DNA of 64,000 bases from Solirubrobacterales bacterium. Its GTDB lineage: Bacteria; Actinomycetota; Thermoleophilia; Solirubrobacterales; 70-9. Below are positions 60,601-64,000 of this stretch, in pieces. A program made the translations under genes and the position numbers. Every line of letters starts with the position of its first letter. Position 1 is the stretch's first letter. The stretch lies in contig DASSMM010000057.1 in NCBI GenBank assembly GCA_035688825.1, positions 2,830 to 66,829 of the forward strand. The letters are read 5' to 3'. The notes under the pieces are model-generated. The model was not told the DNA's origin and made no database searches. It saw only the letters and a program-made list of their open reading frames with translations.

Positions 60601-61661
60601 TCGAGGCGCTCGAGGGCGGCGCGATCGACTTCGGCCAGGCCGAGGCGCTCGCCTTCGGCACCCTGCTGACCGAGGGCGTCCACATCCGCCTCACCGGCCA
60701 GGACACCGAGCGCGGCACCTTCTCCCACCGCCACCTCGTCCTCCACGACGAGAACACCGGCCTCGAATACACGCCGATCCAGAACCTCGAGGACGCCTCG
60801 GCGCCGTTCGAGCTCTACAACAGCCCGCTCTCGGAGACCGCCTGCCTCGGCTTCGAGTACGGCTACTCGGCGGCGAACCCGAACGCCCTGGTCCTCTGGG
60901 AGGCGCAGTTCGGCGACTTCGCCAACGCCGGCCAGGTGATCATCGACAGCTTCATCGTCTCCGGCGAGTCGAAGTGGGGGCAGCAGACGCGGCTGACCCT
61001 GCTGCTGCCGCACGGCTACGAGGGATCGGGGCCGGAGCACTCCAGCGCCCGGATCGAGCGCTTCCTCGCGCTCGGGGCCGAGGGCAACATCCGCATCGCC
61101 TACCCGACCACCGCCGCCCAGTACTTCCACCTGCTGCGCCGCCAGGCTCTGATCAAGAAGCCGCGGCCGCTGATCGTCTTCACCCCGAAGGGGCTGCTGC
61201 GCCTCGACCGCGCCACCGCCGGCCTCGAGCAGCTCACCGACGGCGAACTGCAGTTCATCCTCGACGACCCCACCGCGGGCGAGCGCCGAGAGAAGGTCGA
61301 GCGCCTCGTCCTCTGCACCGGCAAGGTCTATTACGACATGGACTCGAACGAGCGCCGCGGCGCCGCCGAGAACGTGGCGATCGCCCGGGTCGAGGTGCTC
61401 TACCCCTTCGCCAAGGAACAGCTCGAACGGCTGATCGCCTCCTACCCGAACCTGAAGGAGATCGCCTGGGTGCAGGAGGAGCCGCGCAACATGGGCGCCT
61501 GGAAGGTGATGAGCCGCCGCATGCCGTCCGTGCTCCCCGAGGGCGTCGCCCTCACCTACATCGGCCGCCAGGGCCGCGCCAGCCCCGGCGAGGGCTACTC
61601 CGGCGCCCACGCGCGCGAGCAGGAGCGGATCGTGCTCACCGCGCTCACCCCCGGTGCCTAG
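57612..61661 (+). CDS. 2-oxoglutarate dehydrogenase, fused lipoyl-PSBD-E2o-E1o polypeptide (OdhA/Kgd-like with complete E2 N-terminus)
   Basis: ATG 57612. Lipoyl domain ([16 protein letters not shown]), Ala/Pro/Gly linker, E3-binding domain ([35 protein letters not shown]), acyltransferase core ([19 protein letters not shown]), then E1o ([48 protein letters not shown]). The upstream 278 codons of the track ORF are shadow frame. Confidence 0.93.
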   Translation: [1349 protein letters not shown]

Positions 61662-61673
61662 ATCATCGGGCCT

Positions 61674-62012
61674 GTGACTCGGCGCCCTTTCGAGAAGCCG
61701 ATCCCGGGCGAGCTCTTCGTCTGGGTGAAGCGCGTCTCCTGGATCGAGCTGGCGATCTTCGCCGGGCTGATCGCCTTCTGGCTGCTGCCCGGGTTCGAAA
61801 CCGAGACCATGCTCTTCGGCTGGGCCCACGGACTCGGCTTCGTCGCCCTCTGCGTGCTGATCTGGATCGCCTGCATCCGCCGCGAGACCCCCTACACCCT
61901 GCTCGCCGCGACCCTCACCCCGGTCGGCCCGGTCGGCAGCGTGATCGGCATCGAACTGATCGAGCGCAAGGGCTGGGGGATCGGGGAGCGGCCGGTTCGC
62001 GGGACCGGGTGA
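61674..62012 (+). CDS. small membrane protein, DUF3817-like
   Basis: 112 aa, 3-4 TM, GWAHGLGFVALCVLIW... pattern. GTG start. Confidence 0.6.
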   Translation: MTRRPFEKPIPGELFVWVKRVSWIELAIFAGLIAFWLLPGFETETMLFGWAHGLGFVALCVLIWIACIRRETPYTLLAATLTPVGPVGSVIGIELIERKGWGIGERPVRGTG

Positions 62013-62212
62013 CGCAAACCGCGCCTGAACGCGGCTAAAACGCTCGACTGCGCTTGACCGTGCGTGATTCAGCCGGTATAGCTAAACCCTGACTGTTCCT
62101 CAGGGCAGTCCCGCCAGGGGGAACGGCCGCGTCGGCATCCCTCCCTGGCTACCGACGCGCAGGTGCAGTGAGGGTCGCGCGGACCCCCCTGCCTCCCGCG
62201 GCCCCGCTGCGC

Positions 62213-64000
<1,788 letters not shown>

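Overview
This is a high-GC, actinobacterial-type chromosomal segment (possibly a deep-branching, Thermoleophilia-like lineage, but that is only a guess from protein style). It is gene-dense and mostly housekeeping. Main content: a complete 14-gene NADH:quinone oxidoreductase operon nuoA-N (12.2-27.0 kb); serS, msrB, gltA and a partial acnA; a very large 2-oxoglutarate dehydrogenase fusion protein; a DEAD-box helicase; a MacB-type ABC exporter pair; two two-component modules; an RTX-like secreted protein; and acyl-CoA dehydrogenase plus APH-kinase genes. No rRNA, tRNA, CRISPR array, integrase or transposase was recognised. Most long ORFs in the supplied track are GC-driven shadow frames, and several real genes start well inside their track ORF. 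The unusual signals are listed below. (1) Short GC-rich palindromic hairpin elements sit inside conserved genes without breaking the reading frame (HAD phosphatase, nuoC, nuoJ, an FAD-linked oxidase). Related or similar copies lie in intergenic DNA. This recalls the Rickettsia palindromic elements. (2) A ~78-bp element occurs twice and carries a Shine-Dalgarno sequence plus a conserved 19-codon mini-ORF. One copy is intact and one has a 1-nt deletion, and each lies at the edge of lower-GC DNA. (3) A 98-nt direct duplication of the acyl-CoA dehydrogenase 3' end brackets a lower-GC insert that carries a GH26-like glycosidase, an att-like scar with no recombinase. (4) The 2-oxoglutarate dehydrogenase is a full lipoyl-PSBD-E2-E1 fusion. 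(5) There are several small cassettes of unknown function. All coordinates and repeat alignments were made by hand, and no database search was possible.
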